IMG/VR virus record: IMGVR_UViG_3300044615_001997
Source: a virus
Length of the DNA stretch: 64,000 nt
Strand: one strand, 5' to 3'
The notes under the pieces are model-generated. The model searched no databases, was not told the DNA's origin, and saw nothing but the letters and a program-made list of their open reading frames with translations. A program made the position numbers and the translations under genes. Positions 17,624-26,106 of the stretch are shown here, one piece after another; the first letter of the stretch is position 1; each line of letters starts with the position of its first letter.

Positions 17624-17899
17624 ATGAATAACACAATTATACACGAGGTGGCAGGCCTGATCATGACTCTATGTTTCATGTTCTGCTATATACCTCAAAT
17701 CATCAAAATATTTAAAAACAAATCTTCTCATGACGTGTCCCTGGGACTGATATTAATGTCGATAGGTGGTTACATCTCCGGCATGGTATATCTATTCACT
17801 GGGACTTTTGGCCTCTGGTGGTTCATGAACTATTGCGTGGGACTGGTGATGTGCAGTATACTAGTCTGGCAATGGTTTCGTTACCGGAGGGATAACTAA
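17624..17899 (+). CDS. PQ-loop/SemiSWEET 3-TM transporter
   Basis: CYIPQIIKIFKNKSSHDVSL; three hydrophobic helices; WFMN. Confidence 0.8.
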   Translation: MNNTIIHEVAGLIMTLCFMFCYIPQIIKIFKNKSSHDVSLGLILMSIGGYISGMVYLFTGTFGLWWFMNYCVGLVMCSILVWQWFRYRRDN

Positions 17900-17905
17900 A
17901 AACTT

Positions 17906-18008
17906 TGTGGTATTGGGGCTATGGCTGCTCGGGGGGAAACCTAACCGAAAGGCTTACCGAGTGAACCCGCCCCGAAATGACCCGCTTCCCTCCACAAGAA
18001 GAGCCACA
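17906..18008 (+). ncRNA. Candidate structured non-coding RNA upstream of tRNA-Lys
   Basis: GC-rich intergenic island with nested pairings TGTGGT/GCCACA, TTGGGGC/GCCCCGA and CTCGG/CCGAG, two GAAA tetraloop hairpins, and CTTC/GAAG. Confidence 0.5.
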
Positions 18009-18015
18009 CTAACCA

Positions 18016-18087
18016 GGGATGGTAGCTCAATGGTAGAGCAGTACCCTTTTAAGGTATTGGTTCTGGGTTCGAGCCCCAGCCATCCCA
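18016..18087 (+). tRNA. tRNA-Lys(UUU)
   Basis: Acceptor GGGATGG/CCATCCC, anticodon loop CTTTTAA, T-loop GTTCGAG. Confidence 0.95.
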
Positions 18088-18102
18088 AACTAAAAAATAA
18101 CA

Positions 18103-19395
18103 ATGAACATTATATCTGAAAATACACAAGAATTATTCTGCTATCACAAGACACGCTGTAATGCATTAAAAGAAATAGGTGAAGAAGGCAGAGACCTTTT
18201 TATATATTTAGCACATAACGTATTAGAACATCATTCTGATTTTTTAAATTATACTGAAGAGCCTATATTTATAGGTGGTTTATTAGATGGATTTAGTGGC
18301 AAAGATCAATCAAATATGTGTAAAGCTTTATTAATGGCGTTGCATCAACACGGTTTTTGCGTAGAAAATATGGTTTTAGAAGAATTTTTATATAGATTAC
18401 TTTATGCTGACTTTACTTTTGTGTTGGATACCGTATCTCACGCTGAAGATGAAGACAGATTAGAACTTGTTAAACCTTGGGCTAGATTGTTAGCAATTAT
18501 AGAAAATAAGCCTGGTTTAATGATTCCGACTGAAGAAGATTGGGATTCGTGTTTTGAACCTGCGTTATTTTGGGATGACGATTTTCACTTTTTTAATAGT
18601 CTCTATGATTCTGGTTGTTTGGGGTTAAAGGCTATACAAACAATTAAAAAAGAGTTAGAAATTTTTGAAAATTTAGATGTAGCTAGAATGATAGTCGAAC
18701 CGGAAGATTTATGGAACGACTATAAATTTGATAAAAAAGACATCAAAGAAGCTAAACTTAATAGTTTGATAAAAAAGAAAAAACTAGAATTAACTGAAAA
18801 TCAAACATCTAAAAATGCTGAAAAAGGATTAAAATATATTTCTCCTTCTTTATACCAAGATAGAGACGACTGGTTTTTTGCTATAGTGGCTAAAGGTAAA
18901 TCTCAAGTTAAAAAAGATTTGAATACACGAGATTTAAAAACAGCTCAAACAAATTTGTTAAAATATGTTGCGTCTTTAGGTAATAAATGTAGATCTGAAA
19001 AAGAGGAAATTCCTGCAACTAGCTCGCCGCCTAAAATAAAGAAACCTAAAATCTACGAAGGACTGGTTTATTGTATTAAAGATCAGTCAGGTAGACTTAA
19101 AATAGGTGAAACTTCTAGACACATAGTGAAGCGTTTAAAAGCATTACAAACAAGCAATCCAGATAAATTAGAAATTTGTTTTACTATATACGTAGCTAAT
19201 AGACTAAACGCAGAAAGACAAATTCACCACGAACTTAAAGCATTTAAATTAACTGGCGAATGGTTTAATTGTTCTTTAAATGAAGCTTTCTGTGCTTTTA
19301 AAAAAATAGAAAATGCCAAATGGATTCAAAATGACACCGAATATAAAACAACAACTGAAGAAACAAATAAGGAAGTTGAAGATTGGGCGGCGTAA
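18103..19395 (+). CDS. Protein with C-terminal GIY-YIG-like (T5orf172/MUG113) domain
   Basis: LVYCIK...LKIGET...RLKALQTSNP...AERQIH..LK....GEWF. Confidence 0.75.
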   Translation: MNIISENTQELFCYHKTRCNALKEIGEEGRDLFIYLAHNVLEHHSDFLNYTEEPIFIGGLLDGFSGKDQSNMCKALLMALHQHGFCVENMVLEEFLYRLLYADFTFVLDTVSHAEDEDRLELVKPWARLLAIIENKPGLMIPTEEDWDSCFEPALFWDDDFHFFNSLYDSGCLGLKAIQTIKKELEIFENLDVARMIVEPEDLWNDYKFDKKDIKEAKLNSLIKKKKLELTENQTSKNAEKGLKYISPSLYQDRDDWFFAIVAKGKSQVKKDLNTRDLKTAQTNLLKYVASLGNKCRSEKEEIPATSSPPKIKKPKIYEGLVYCIKDQSGRLKIGETSRHIVKRLKALQTSNPDKLEICFTIYVANRLNAERQIHHELKAFKLTGEWFNCSLNEAFCAFKKIENAKWIQNDTEYKTTTEETNKEVEDWAA

Positions 19396-19750
19396 CGACT
19401 ACCCTGGCGGTGCCAGCGTATTTGCCTATGTCCAGCTTACCCCCAGATACGGTGTTAAGTTTTATAAACGACGTAAGCTTTGTGAAGATGCTTTCCTGAG
19501 GCAGAAGGCGTCCCACAGTATAGGTTTGGCACCTGAAGCTTACTTCATTGTGAGAAAGGGGTTTAAACTTGGTTACGTAACACGCCATGCCGAGACAGAG
19601 ACTCGTGCAAAGCGAGAAGATGTCCGAGAGATACAGCGTACCTGTGTTTCCATGGGCTGGTGTGCCTCGGATATAGATACCGACCAGAACGTAGGATACG
19701 TCGACGGACGTTTGGTCCTGATCGACTTTGATGACGCAACCTTAACCTAG
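19313..19750 (+). CDS. Minimal protein-kinase-like fold enzyme
   Basis: GGAS glycine loop, GVKF, LAPE, DIDTDQNVG, LVLIDFD. True start may be slightly downstream. Confidence 0.65.
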   Translation: MPNGFKMTPNIKQQLKKQIRKLKIGRRNDYPGGASVFAYVQLTPRYGVKFYKRRKLCEDAFLRQKASHSIGLAPEAYFIVRKGFKLGYVTRHAETETRAKREDVREIQRTCVSMGWCASDIDTDQNVGYVDGRLVLIDFDDATLT

Positions 19751-19756
19751 AAATAT

Positions 19757-20092
19757 ATGGAAGAAAATTACTTCGAAGAACCCAAACCTTTTGTAGATAT
19801 AAAGAATCAACCTGTCGTGCCTGGTGATTTTATTATGTATCCCGTCATGACTTTTCTGCGCTGTGCTGTGGTGCAGAATGTTTTGAGCGACAGTTCACTT
19901 ACCGTGAAATATGTAAAAGGGAGTTATGCCGTGAACGAAAACGATTTAGTGATAGGTCGCCAAACTGTGAATACGTATGAACGTAGTGTTTTAAAAATAA
20001 ACGAAGACCTGCTTAAATCAATTGTCAACAGAGCAGACTTCGACTACTTTATTAGTTGTAGTAGAGGAGTCGTAGAAAAAAATCGTAAATAA
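19757..20092 (+). CDS. Hypothetical protein (SH3/KOW-like start)
   Basis: DIKNQPVVPGDFIMY. Confidence 0.65.
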   Translation: MEENYFEEPKPFVDIKNQPVVPGDFIMYPVMTFLRCAVVQNVLSDSSLTVKYVKGSYAVNENDLVIGRQTVNTYERSVLKINEDLLKSIVNRADFDYFISCSRGVVEKNRK

Positions 20093-20097
20093 TGCAT

Positions 20098-20171
20098 GCG
20101 GGATTAGTTTAGTGGTAAAACCCCTGTCTTCCAAACAGGAGATGTCGGTTCGATTCCGTCATCCCGCTCCA
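20098..20171 (+). tRNA. tRNA-Gly(UCC)
   Basis: Acceptor GCGGGAT/ATCCCGC, anticodon loop CTTCCAA, encoded CCA. Confidence 0.95.
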
Positions 20172-20225
20172 AATGTCAACTACAGTCGACATTAATCCAG
20201 TTAATGTCTTAGGAAGTTTACAAAA

Positions 20226-21224
20226 ATGAAATTAGCATCAATAGAAACAATAACAGATCTGATACACCATCCCAATGCCGATAAACTAGACATTGTTAAA
20301 GTTTTGGGTTGGCAGGCGGTGGTGCAACGTGACGAATTTAAAAAGGGGGACAAGGTGGTGTTTGTTGTGATAGACACTATCCTACCCAGAGCCCCCTGGT
20401 CAGAGTTCTTGGCAGACTCCAAGAAACCTGATGCACCTATAAGACTCAGAACTGCCAAGATAAGAGCATCCTATTCACAAGGCCTTGTTCTTCCGCTCTC
20501 AGTCCTACCTGAAAATATTCAGGGATGGCATGAGGGTGCTGATGTTGGTGGAGCCCTCGGAATTAAAAAATACGAGAAAGAGATCCCTGCACAATTGTCG
20601 GGTGAAGTACTCGGTGGATTCCCCGGTTATATCTGTGCACAAACCGACGAGGACAACGGGCTCTCCAATCCTGAGTTAGTTGAGGAGGTGCTGCGTAACA
20701 AATGGATCACAGTTACTGAAAAATACGATGGGAGTTCTTGCACCATAATTATCGAAGACAAAAAGATAACACATGTTTGCAGCCGGAGACTTTCCTTAAA
20801 AGAAACAAATGAAAACGCTTTCTGGAGAGTTGCTAGAAAACTTGATTTGAGTAAAATTAACAATGAGCGTTATGTAATCCAGGGAGAACTAATGGGTCCA
20901 GGTGTTCAAGGAAATCAGTTGAAATTGATGGAGCCAGAACTCTATGTTTTTCAAATCAGCCGAAATAATTCATTCGATAGTTATTTAAATATGGTTTGGG
21001 CATGTCGTAATATGTTTAACTGCAAATATGTTAAGCATATAAGTAATTTCGATACGTCTGCAGGCAAGGTAGACCTAGACTTCCTACAGGGCCTGGCTGA
21101 TGCGAGAACATTACCTGACGGTAAACCTGCTGAAGGAATTGTTGTTAGACCTCTAGACTACAGGAGTGCTGGTAACGGTAGACCTCTCAGCTTTAAGATA
21201 ATGAATAGAAACTACGTAGATTAA
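20226..21224 (+). CDS. RNA ligase (DRB0094/Rnl2-like, with N-terminal OB domain)
   Basis: HPNADKL, SQGLVLP, motif I TEKYDGSS, QGELMGPG, YVFQI, EGIVVR, SFK. Confidence 0.9.
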   Translation: MKLASIETITDLIHHPNADKLDIVKVLGWQAVVQRDEFKKGDKVVFVVIDTILPRAPWSEFLADSKKPDAPIRLRTAKIRASYSQGLVLPLSVLPENIQGWHEGADVGGALGIKKYEKEIPAQLSGEVLGGFPGYICAQTDEDNGLSNPELVEEVLRNKWITVTEKYDGSSCTIIIEDKKITHVCSRRLSLKETNENAFWRVARKLDLSKINNERYVIQGELMGPGVQGNQLKLMEPELYVFQISRNNSFDSYLNMVWACRNMFNCKYVKHISNFDTSAGKVDLDFLQGLADARTLPDGKPAEGIVVRPLDYRSAGNGRPLSFKIMNRNYVD

Positions 21225-21225
21225 T

Positions 21226-21438
21226 ATGACCCGAGAAGAATTACTAGCACATTATAAATTAAAGCTGTCAGACCTCCAGCCTAAGTATTTATTTATACCT
21301 ACCGGAGATCATCGTGACTTTGCCATAGCGGTTAAAAACAGGCCCTTCTTTTTCATCCGGTGGATGCAGAGACTGTTTTTTGGATTTAAATATATGCCTA
21401 TAGCAAAGGCTAACAAACTTTGGGAAAATAAACCTTAA
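21226..21438 (+). CDS. Hypothetical protein (70 aa)
   Basis: Coupled small ORF with WMQRLFFGFKY. Confidence 0.6.
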   Translation: MTREELLAHYKLKLSDLQPKYLFIPTGDHRDFAIAVKNRPFFFIRWMQRLFFGFKYMPIAKANKLWENKP

Positions 21439-21444
21439 TAAAAT

Positions 21445-21891
21445 ATGAATAACGTAAAAATTTATTGGAATAAAAAAGGACACACAGTTAGGGCTTGCCC
21501 CGCCGACACATTAATTGAAAGTAACTATTGGCCTGATGAAGATTACGGTAACGAAGAAATTGATACCTTGGTCTACATCAACCCTATCTTAATTAATTCC
21601 GAACGGTTCGAGGCAGATATAACGGTGTCTCCTAAGCGTCAGACCGCTCCAGGGTCTAGGCACATCAAGCATCCCGAGCGTGGATGGACCTCGGTTCCAG
21701 CCAGACTTCCATTATATGTCGTCTATGGTCGCATCGGAAAAGACAACGTTTACAGTCTCCACATAAATCATTATAAGCACGATTTCAATACTCTATCTAG
21801 CGATCTAGTAAAGCATTGTATTGATGCATTTAGTTTTGGGAGACTACGTTTCACGGAGGTATTTAGAAATGAAAACGCTTGTTGTACCTGA
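21445..21891 (+). CDS. Hypothetical protein (148 aa)
   Basis: ORF in operon. Confidence 0.65.
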   Translation: MNNVKIYWNKKGHTVRACPADTLIESNYWPDEDYGNEEIDTLVYINPILINSERFEADITVSPKRQTAPGSRHIKHPERGWTSVPARLPLYVVYGRIGKDNVYSLHINHYKHDFNTLSSDLVKHCIDAFSFGRLRFTEVFRNENACCT

Positions 21892-22654
21892 CATTCATCA
21901 AAGAATACATAATGTAGAGAAAGTGTTGGAGAAAGAGGACTATCACGAGGTGGTTTTCTTAGGAGACTGGCTTGATTCCTTCTACGAACCACCCCAGGTG
22001 GCTACATTTGAAGAAACCTGCTACTATCTCAGAAGCCTTATCCTAGATCACCCTAAAAGAGATACGTTCACTTTTCTCGTGGGTAACCACGACATGAATT
22101 ATATCTATAATAATAACGGGGAGTCTACTAGAAGACATGTACAGAAAAATGAATATTATTGTTCTGGATATACTCAAAGTAAATCTAAAAAGTTTAGACG
22201 TGTTTTTTGGGATGAAGGTATGCGTGACCCATTTTTCAATCAGCATTTTAAAATGGCTCATAAAACCCAGGGGTGGCTTCTCTCACACGCTGGATTTATT
22301 CCCGACATCCTACCTTATGGTAAAACTATAGACGAGGTTGTGGATAAAATTTTGCCAGATGTGTGGCTCAATTTCAGAAATATGGGATATATGTATAATT
22401 ATCTAATTTCTGCTGTTGGGCGGGTGAGATATGGAATGCAGCCTTTTGGAGGTGTCCTGTGGTTAGATTGGCGTTTTGAGATGGAGCCTTCAGTTGAAAT
22501 AGGGAATCAGATAGTTGGACATACTACCCTGAAAGAGCCCTATAAAATCACAACACCTAATAAAAAAGTAGCTTGCTGGAACCTAGACACCGAGTTACAT
22601 TATGGTGTAATTGAAAATGAAAAAGTTACTCCTAAATGTTATGCTGACCTATAA
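21869..22654 (+). CDS. Calcineurin-like metallophosphoesterase
   Basis: PDIH, LGDWLD, GNHD, SHAG, VGHT; start set at ATG 21869. Confidence 0.9.
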   Translation: MKTLVVPDIHQRIHNVEKVLEKEDYHEVVFLGDWLDSFYEPPQVATFEETCYYLRSLILDHPKRDTFTFLVGNHDMNYIYNNNGESTRRHVQKNEYYCSGYTQSKSKKFRRVFWDEGMRDPFFNQHFKMAHKTQGWLLSHAGFIPDILPYGKTIDEVVDKILPDVWLNFRNMGYMYNYLISAVGRVRYGMQPFGGVLWLDWRFEMEPSVEIGNQIVGHTTLKEPYKITTPNKKVACWNLDTELHYGVIENEKVTPKCYADL

Positions 22655-22904
22655 TTTAATTATGTTGGTAGGCTGCACATCAAAAGACCTCCAAGTAGCC
22701 GGGAACTTGGACTATATGAGAGAAGTAAATTCTCCGCAAGAAACATTAAAAAAAGCCGTTGAGTTAAAGTATCGTCAAAATTTGCACGAAACTAGAGATA
22801 AAAAGTATTTAATATATTTGGGAGGAAAAGTATACGTAGATTACGATGCTTTTAGAAATACCAGTAAGGTAAACACCATGTCATCTTTGGGATTGGAGTT
22901 TTAA
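22611..22904 (+). CDS. Putative lipoprotein
   Basis: MKKLLL...LVGC lipobox. Confidence 0.55.
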   Translation: MKMKKLLLNVMLTYNLIMLVGCTSKDLQVAGNLDYMREVNSPQETLKKAVELKYRQNLHETRDKKYLIYLGGKVYVDYDAFRNTSKVNTMSSLGLEF

Positions 22905-23147
22905 ATGACCGAAGAACATTATATTTATTTAACGTCTTTTGTGTTGTTGCTGTCTGTACTTATAAATATTCTTTTATTTATAAGGCTGGATCTTGCCAAT
23001 AAATTTATACAATATTCAAGAATATCAATGGCTATTCTTCATCTAGAATTAGAAAAAATAAAATATGAACACGAGTCAACAAAAAGTAGTGATGGCTCTC
23101 AGGAAACACCTTCGACTGAGCCAGAAAATGTTGGATCCTCTGGTTAA
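22905..23147 (+). CDS. Single-pass membrane protein
   Basis: N-terminal TM helix. Confidence 0.55.
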   Translation: MTEEHYIYLTSFVLLLSVLINILLFIRLDLANKFIQYSRISMAILHLELEKIKYEHESTKSSDGSQETPSTEPENVGSSG

Positions 23148-23520
23148 CCAATCACTCAAAGAAAACAATAATATATTTTTTGATTTAACTAAATTTGACA
23201 AGGACCTACCTGGAGGACTGAAAAATAGAATATTCTTTGTATCTCCAGAAAAGGAAACCAGACTAGGCTATCTATGGAACTATGGTAAGTTTGAAAAAAC
23301 TGGTATATACTCCAGTTATATCGACGCTAGTTATAACTTCGGAACAGACCTGATTTTTTGCTTTGTGGCTATAGACCCTTTTGTAATTTACGAATCAGAA
23401 AGTTATTCAGGTATCGGTGGGATATTCTGTAAACGTGAAAGTGACGTATATATGGGGTTTGTTATCGAACCTCTTAAAAACTACCTAGGGTCGATATTTC
23501 CTGTTTATTGGGAAAATTAG
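23065..23520 (+). CDS. Hypothetical protein (151 aa)
   Basis: ORF. Confidence 0.6.
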   Translation: MNTSQQKVVMALRKHLRLSQKMLDPLVNQSLKENNNIFFDLTKFDKDLPGGLKNRIFFVSPEKETRLGYLWNYGKFEKTGIYSSYIDASYNFGTDLIFCFVAIDPFVIYESESYSGIGGIFCKRESDVYMGFVIEPLKNYLGSIFPVYWEN

Positions 23521-23544
23521 CTACCCCCCTAGCAAACACACAAG

Positions 23545-23562
23545 TTGTTGTTGGTATAATAA
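23545..23562 (+). promoter_or_regulatory. Extended -10 promoter element
   Basis: TGgTATAAT in the intergenic gap before 23658. Confidence 0.45.
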
Positions 23563-23657
23563 AATGACATAGAGTTATGTCGTGCTCTTTATTTTTACTA
23601 TTGGTAGTACGGATAAAGTAGTATCGTTTGGTTAATCCTTAAAAACAAATAAAATAA

Positions 23658-24527
23658 ATGCACATACCCATAGAAGTTGAGCAAGCTGTTTTAGCTGCTG
23701 AAAAACAACAAGATAAAAAATTGTCGGTATCTACATCTGAAGTGGTGGAAGTTTTACATGATGCTCCCGCTACAAAAGACAAGATTGTTAAAAACCTGGT
23801 AGAGAAAAAGACAGACGAGCTGGTTCAAAGCTTTGTAAACCGCCTCATGTTGGACTATCCCCGGGATAACGCTGCAGAAACAACTAAACCCAATAAACCC
23901 CAGAAAGAGTCCCCAACTTCTTTTAATTTGGTTGAGTTGTTGCGCAACACACAAACCCACATAGATGGTTTAGAAAATGCTTTTGCTAAAAAAACAGCTA
24001 TGAAGCATTTAATGAACCCCTTTATGCTGCGTCCTGGTGCATACATAGCAAAGATTATAGACTTGGCTAACGCCAAATTTGAACAAGTTAACAGCTTGGA
24101 ATCTTTAGAAGAGCTGTTTAATTCTATCAATCATGCTGAGATACGCGTAGAAAATTTCTATTACGGAACAGATAAAAAATATGTAAAATTACTAAAAGTT
24201 CCGGTTCCTTCAAATTATGTTGTTTCTGTAAGCAGCATTAAATTGAAAGATATTCCACGTCAGTATTTTCACGACAAGAAAATTACTCTCAGTATAAAGC
24301 AAACCAAAAAAGCTTTTTTACCAAATCGGCTTGATTTAGAGATTTGTTGCGAAGAAGCAAAACCAATTTTATCTATTCAGCCAGGCATGGAAGAATATCA
24401 GATCATGTCGATAAAAATAGATAAAAAAACAAACACCATTTTAAGCTGGATGCCTGGGGCACACCCAAAGCATTTCAACCACAGCTTTCTTCAAGAACAT
24501 ACGTGTGTTCTTGGTAAATGGGCATAA
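23658..24527 (+). CDS. Hypothetical protein (289 aa)
   Basis: Long ORF. Confidence 0.75.
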   Translation: MHIPIEVEQAVLAAEKQQDKKLSVSTSEVVEVLHDAPATKDKIVKNLVEKKTDELVQSFVNRLMLDYPRDNAAETTKPNKPQKESPTSFNLVELLRNTQTHIDGLENAFAKKTAMKHLMNPFMLRPGAYIAKIIDLANAKFEQVNSLESLEELFNSINHAEIRVENFYYGTDKKYVKLLKVPVPSNYVVSVSSIKLKDIPRQYFHDKKITLSIKQTKKAFLPNRLDLEICCEEAKPILSIQPGMEEYQIMSIKIDKKTNTILSWMPGAHPKHFNHSFLQEHTCVLGKWA

Positions 24528-24533
24528 CTCTAA

Positions 24534-24561
24534 AGGAGGGGAGAGGAAACTCTCCCCTCCT
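24534..24561 (+). terminator. GC-rich hairpin with GAAA loop
   Basis: AGGAGGGGAGAG-GAAA-CTCTCCCCTCCT. Confidence 0.55.
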
Positions 24562-24568
24562 CTACTAC

Positions 24569-24853
24569 ATGAAAGAAAAAATAACTCAAACTTTATTCAT
24601 CATTATATTTATTGGTAGCGTTTTTCAAGGAATCACAACTGATTCTCTTTATCTGTTAAGTTTTAGTTTATTTACTGCGGGCTGTAGTGGAGCCATTTTA
24701 GCAGGAGCGTTATTAAAATATTTCTCTCAACATGAGAGAGATATGAGAGACATGAAGAGAGAACGTAAGCTTATATCAAAGCAAAAATCGACAAAATCTA
24801 AAACAATCAAATCGAGTAAAATAGGTGTTAAAAATTTCGCCGCCCGTAAATGA
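24569..24853 (+). CDS. Two-TM membrane protein with basic tail
   Basis: Start moved past the hairpin (MKEKITQT...); two hydrophobic helices. Confidence 0.55.
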   Translation: MKEKITQTLFIIIFIGSVFQGITTDSLYLLSFSLFTAGCSGAILAGALLKYFSQHERDMRDMKRERKLISKQKSTKSKTIKSSKIGVKNFAARK

Positions 24854-25247
24854 AAATAATATAGATATATTTAAAAAGAATTTAATATCGGCACCATCAG
24901 TATTTTCTTTTGAGGGAATCAGTGATTTTATTAAATTCAATTTTTCAAGAGTAGATAAAAGCCATGACGAGTTTATTTTAACTCCATTTAATTTAACAAA
25001 AAAAATTAAATTAAAGTTACATAAGCTATGCTTAAAACTTAATTGGCTAGATGACGAAACAATAATTAACAACTTAAAGTTGCCCGATGTAGATACAATA
25101 AAACATGCGCCTTTCAATTACAAATATGTGTTTGATTACGTTTCCACCCACAAAACATTCAGCTATAATCATGACCTTTGTGTGGCTGAAAAGCTTTTGA
25201 CTGCCCCAGTCAATCAGAAAAAATTTAAATTGTTTTATTCGATTTAA
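24825..25247 (+). CDS. Hypothetical protein
   Basis: ORF; start uncertain. Confidence 0.5.
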   Translation: MLKISPPVNENNIDIFKKNLISAPSVFSFEGISDFIKFNFSRVDKSHDEFILTPFNLTKKIKLKLHKLCLKLNWLDDETIINNLKLPDVDTIKHAPFNYKYVFDYVSTHKTFSYNHDLCVAEKLLTAPVNQKKFKLFYSI

Positions 25248-25248
25248 T

Positions 25249-25284
25249 AAAAAAGGAAGACCTTAACCGGTTTTCCTTTTTTTT
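25249..25284. terminator. Bidirectional-type intrinsic terminator
   Basis: AAAAAAGGAAGACC-TTAACC-GGTTTTCCTTTTTTTT. Confidence 0.7.
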
Positions 25285-25318
25285 AGCTATTAGATGTGCT
25301 ATATTATTAACAATTCGT

Positions 25319-25606
25319 ATGCAACGTGGTGACGGTTTTAAATTGCCTAAACATTTCCTCAACCAGTTGGGGGAGTTTACTCGTGGTTATTATCTTGCTG
25401 TGGTTAATGAACGTGGAGAAATAGAGTCTTTTGAGAGTTATGATAATCCTACAATACGTTTAGCAATTATCAATTTTGTAGACGCTCAAACTGACGCAAT
25501 GCAAGACCATTTGCGAAACCAGGCACTTAAATTAGAGGAACAAGCTGAGCGGCCTATTGAGGAAGAAGATGACGACGAAGACGAAGATAATTGGCAAAAG
25601 TCTTAA
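25319..25606 (+). CDS. Acidic hypothetical protein (95 aa)
   Basis: ORF with a D/E-rich tail; converges on the endolysin. Confidence 0.7.
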   Translation: MQRGDGFKLPKHFLNQLGEFTRGYYLAVVNERGEIESFESYDNPTIRLAIINFVDAQTDAMQDHLRNQALKLEEQAERPIEEEDDDEDEDNWQKS

Positions 25607-26106
25607 AGTTTAGCTGCTTGAAAATGCATCCAATCATAATTTTTAAGTCTTCCTAAACTGATCCAACCCTCAGCTTCCACGATTTTCCAAAAGTCTTGGT
25701 ATTCTTTTTTAGCAAAAGTGGCGCGATCTCGTCCCCATTTTAATTGATTATCATTAGGATCAAGATCCACAGCGGCTCCCCAAGAATGTATAGACCAAGA
25801 TGAGCCTCCACGCATTTTACGGACGTTTAAACAACCTCCAAAAAGGTCTAATCTCAATTTTTTTATATTCTCCAAACCATAAGTTTTTAAAGTTTTTTCA
25901 AAGATATTATGGAGAGATTCCGCACATTTTTTATTACAGGTAATTTTTTTAACTACAGTGTCAGTATCCCACGCTAAAACCATTGGATAAGGCAAAACTA
26001 GCTGTGTTTGATTTTCACCAGGACCACCATAGAAAGCCGTCATAGAAGCATATCCTTGTTTAGGCCAAACGTTATTACTTTTAATAGGTTTCATGGTCTC
26101 GATCAA
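25603..26106 (-). CDS. Endolysin, M15-family Zn peptidase
   Basis: GGCLNVRKMRGG, SIHSWGAAVDL, DWMHFQ. Confidence 0.9.
   Translation of the reverse strand: MIETMKPIKSNNVWPKQGYASMTAFYGGPGENQTQLVLPYPMVLAWDTDTVVKKITCNKKCAESLHNIFEKTLKTYGLENIKKLRLDLFGGCLNVRKMRGGSSWSIHSWGAAVDLDPNDNQLKWGRDRATFAKKEYQDFWKIVEAEGWISLGRLKNYDWMHFQAAKL

Noticed and set aside
17906-18008. HDV-like/theta ribozyme, tmRNA or c-di-GMP riboswitch
   Set aside because: It lies 5' rather than 3' of the tRNA and lacks the P1.1/P4/J4-2 arrangement, the tmRNA ends and the GACGCAAA core.
17907-18119. 70-aa ORF in the track
   Set aside because: It runs through the structured RNA candidate and tRNA-Lys; spurious.
23566-23640. Small hairpins in the leader of 23658 as a riboswitch
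   Set aside because: Only short AT-rich stems (GACATA/TATGTC) with no recognisable aptamer.
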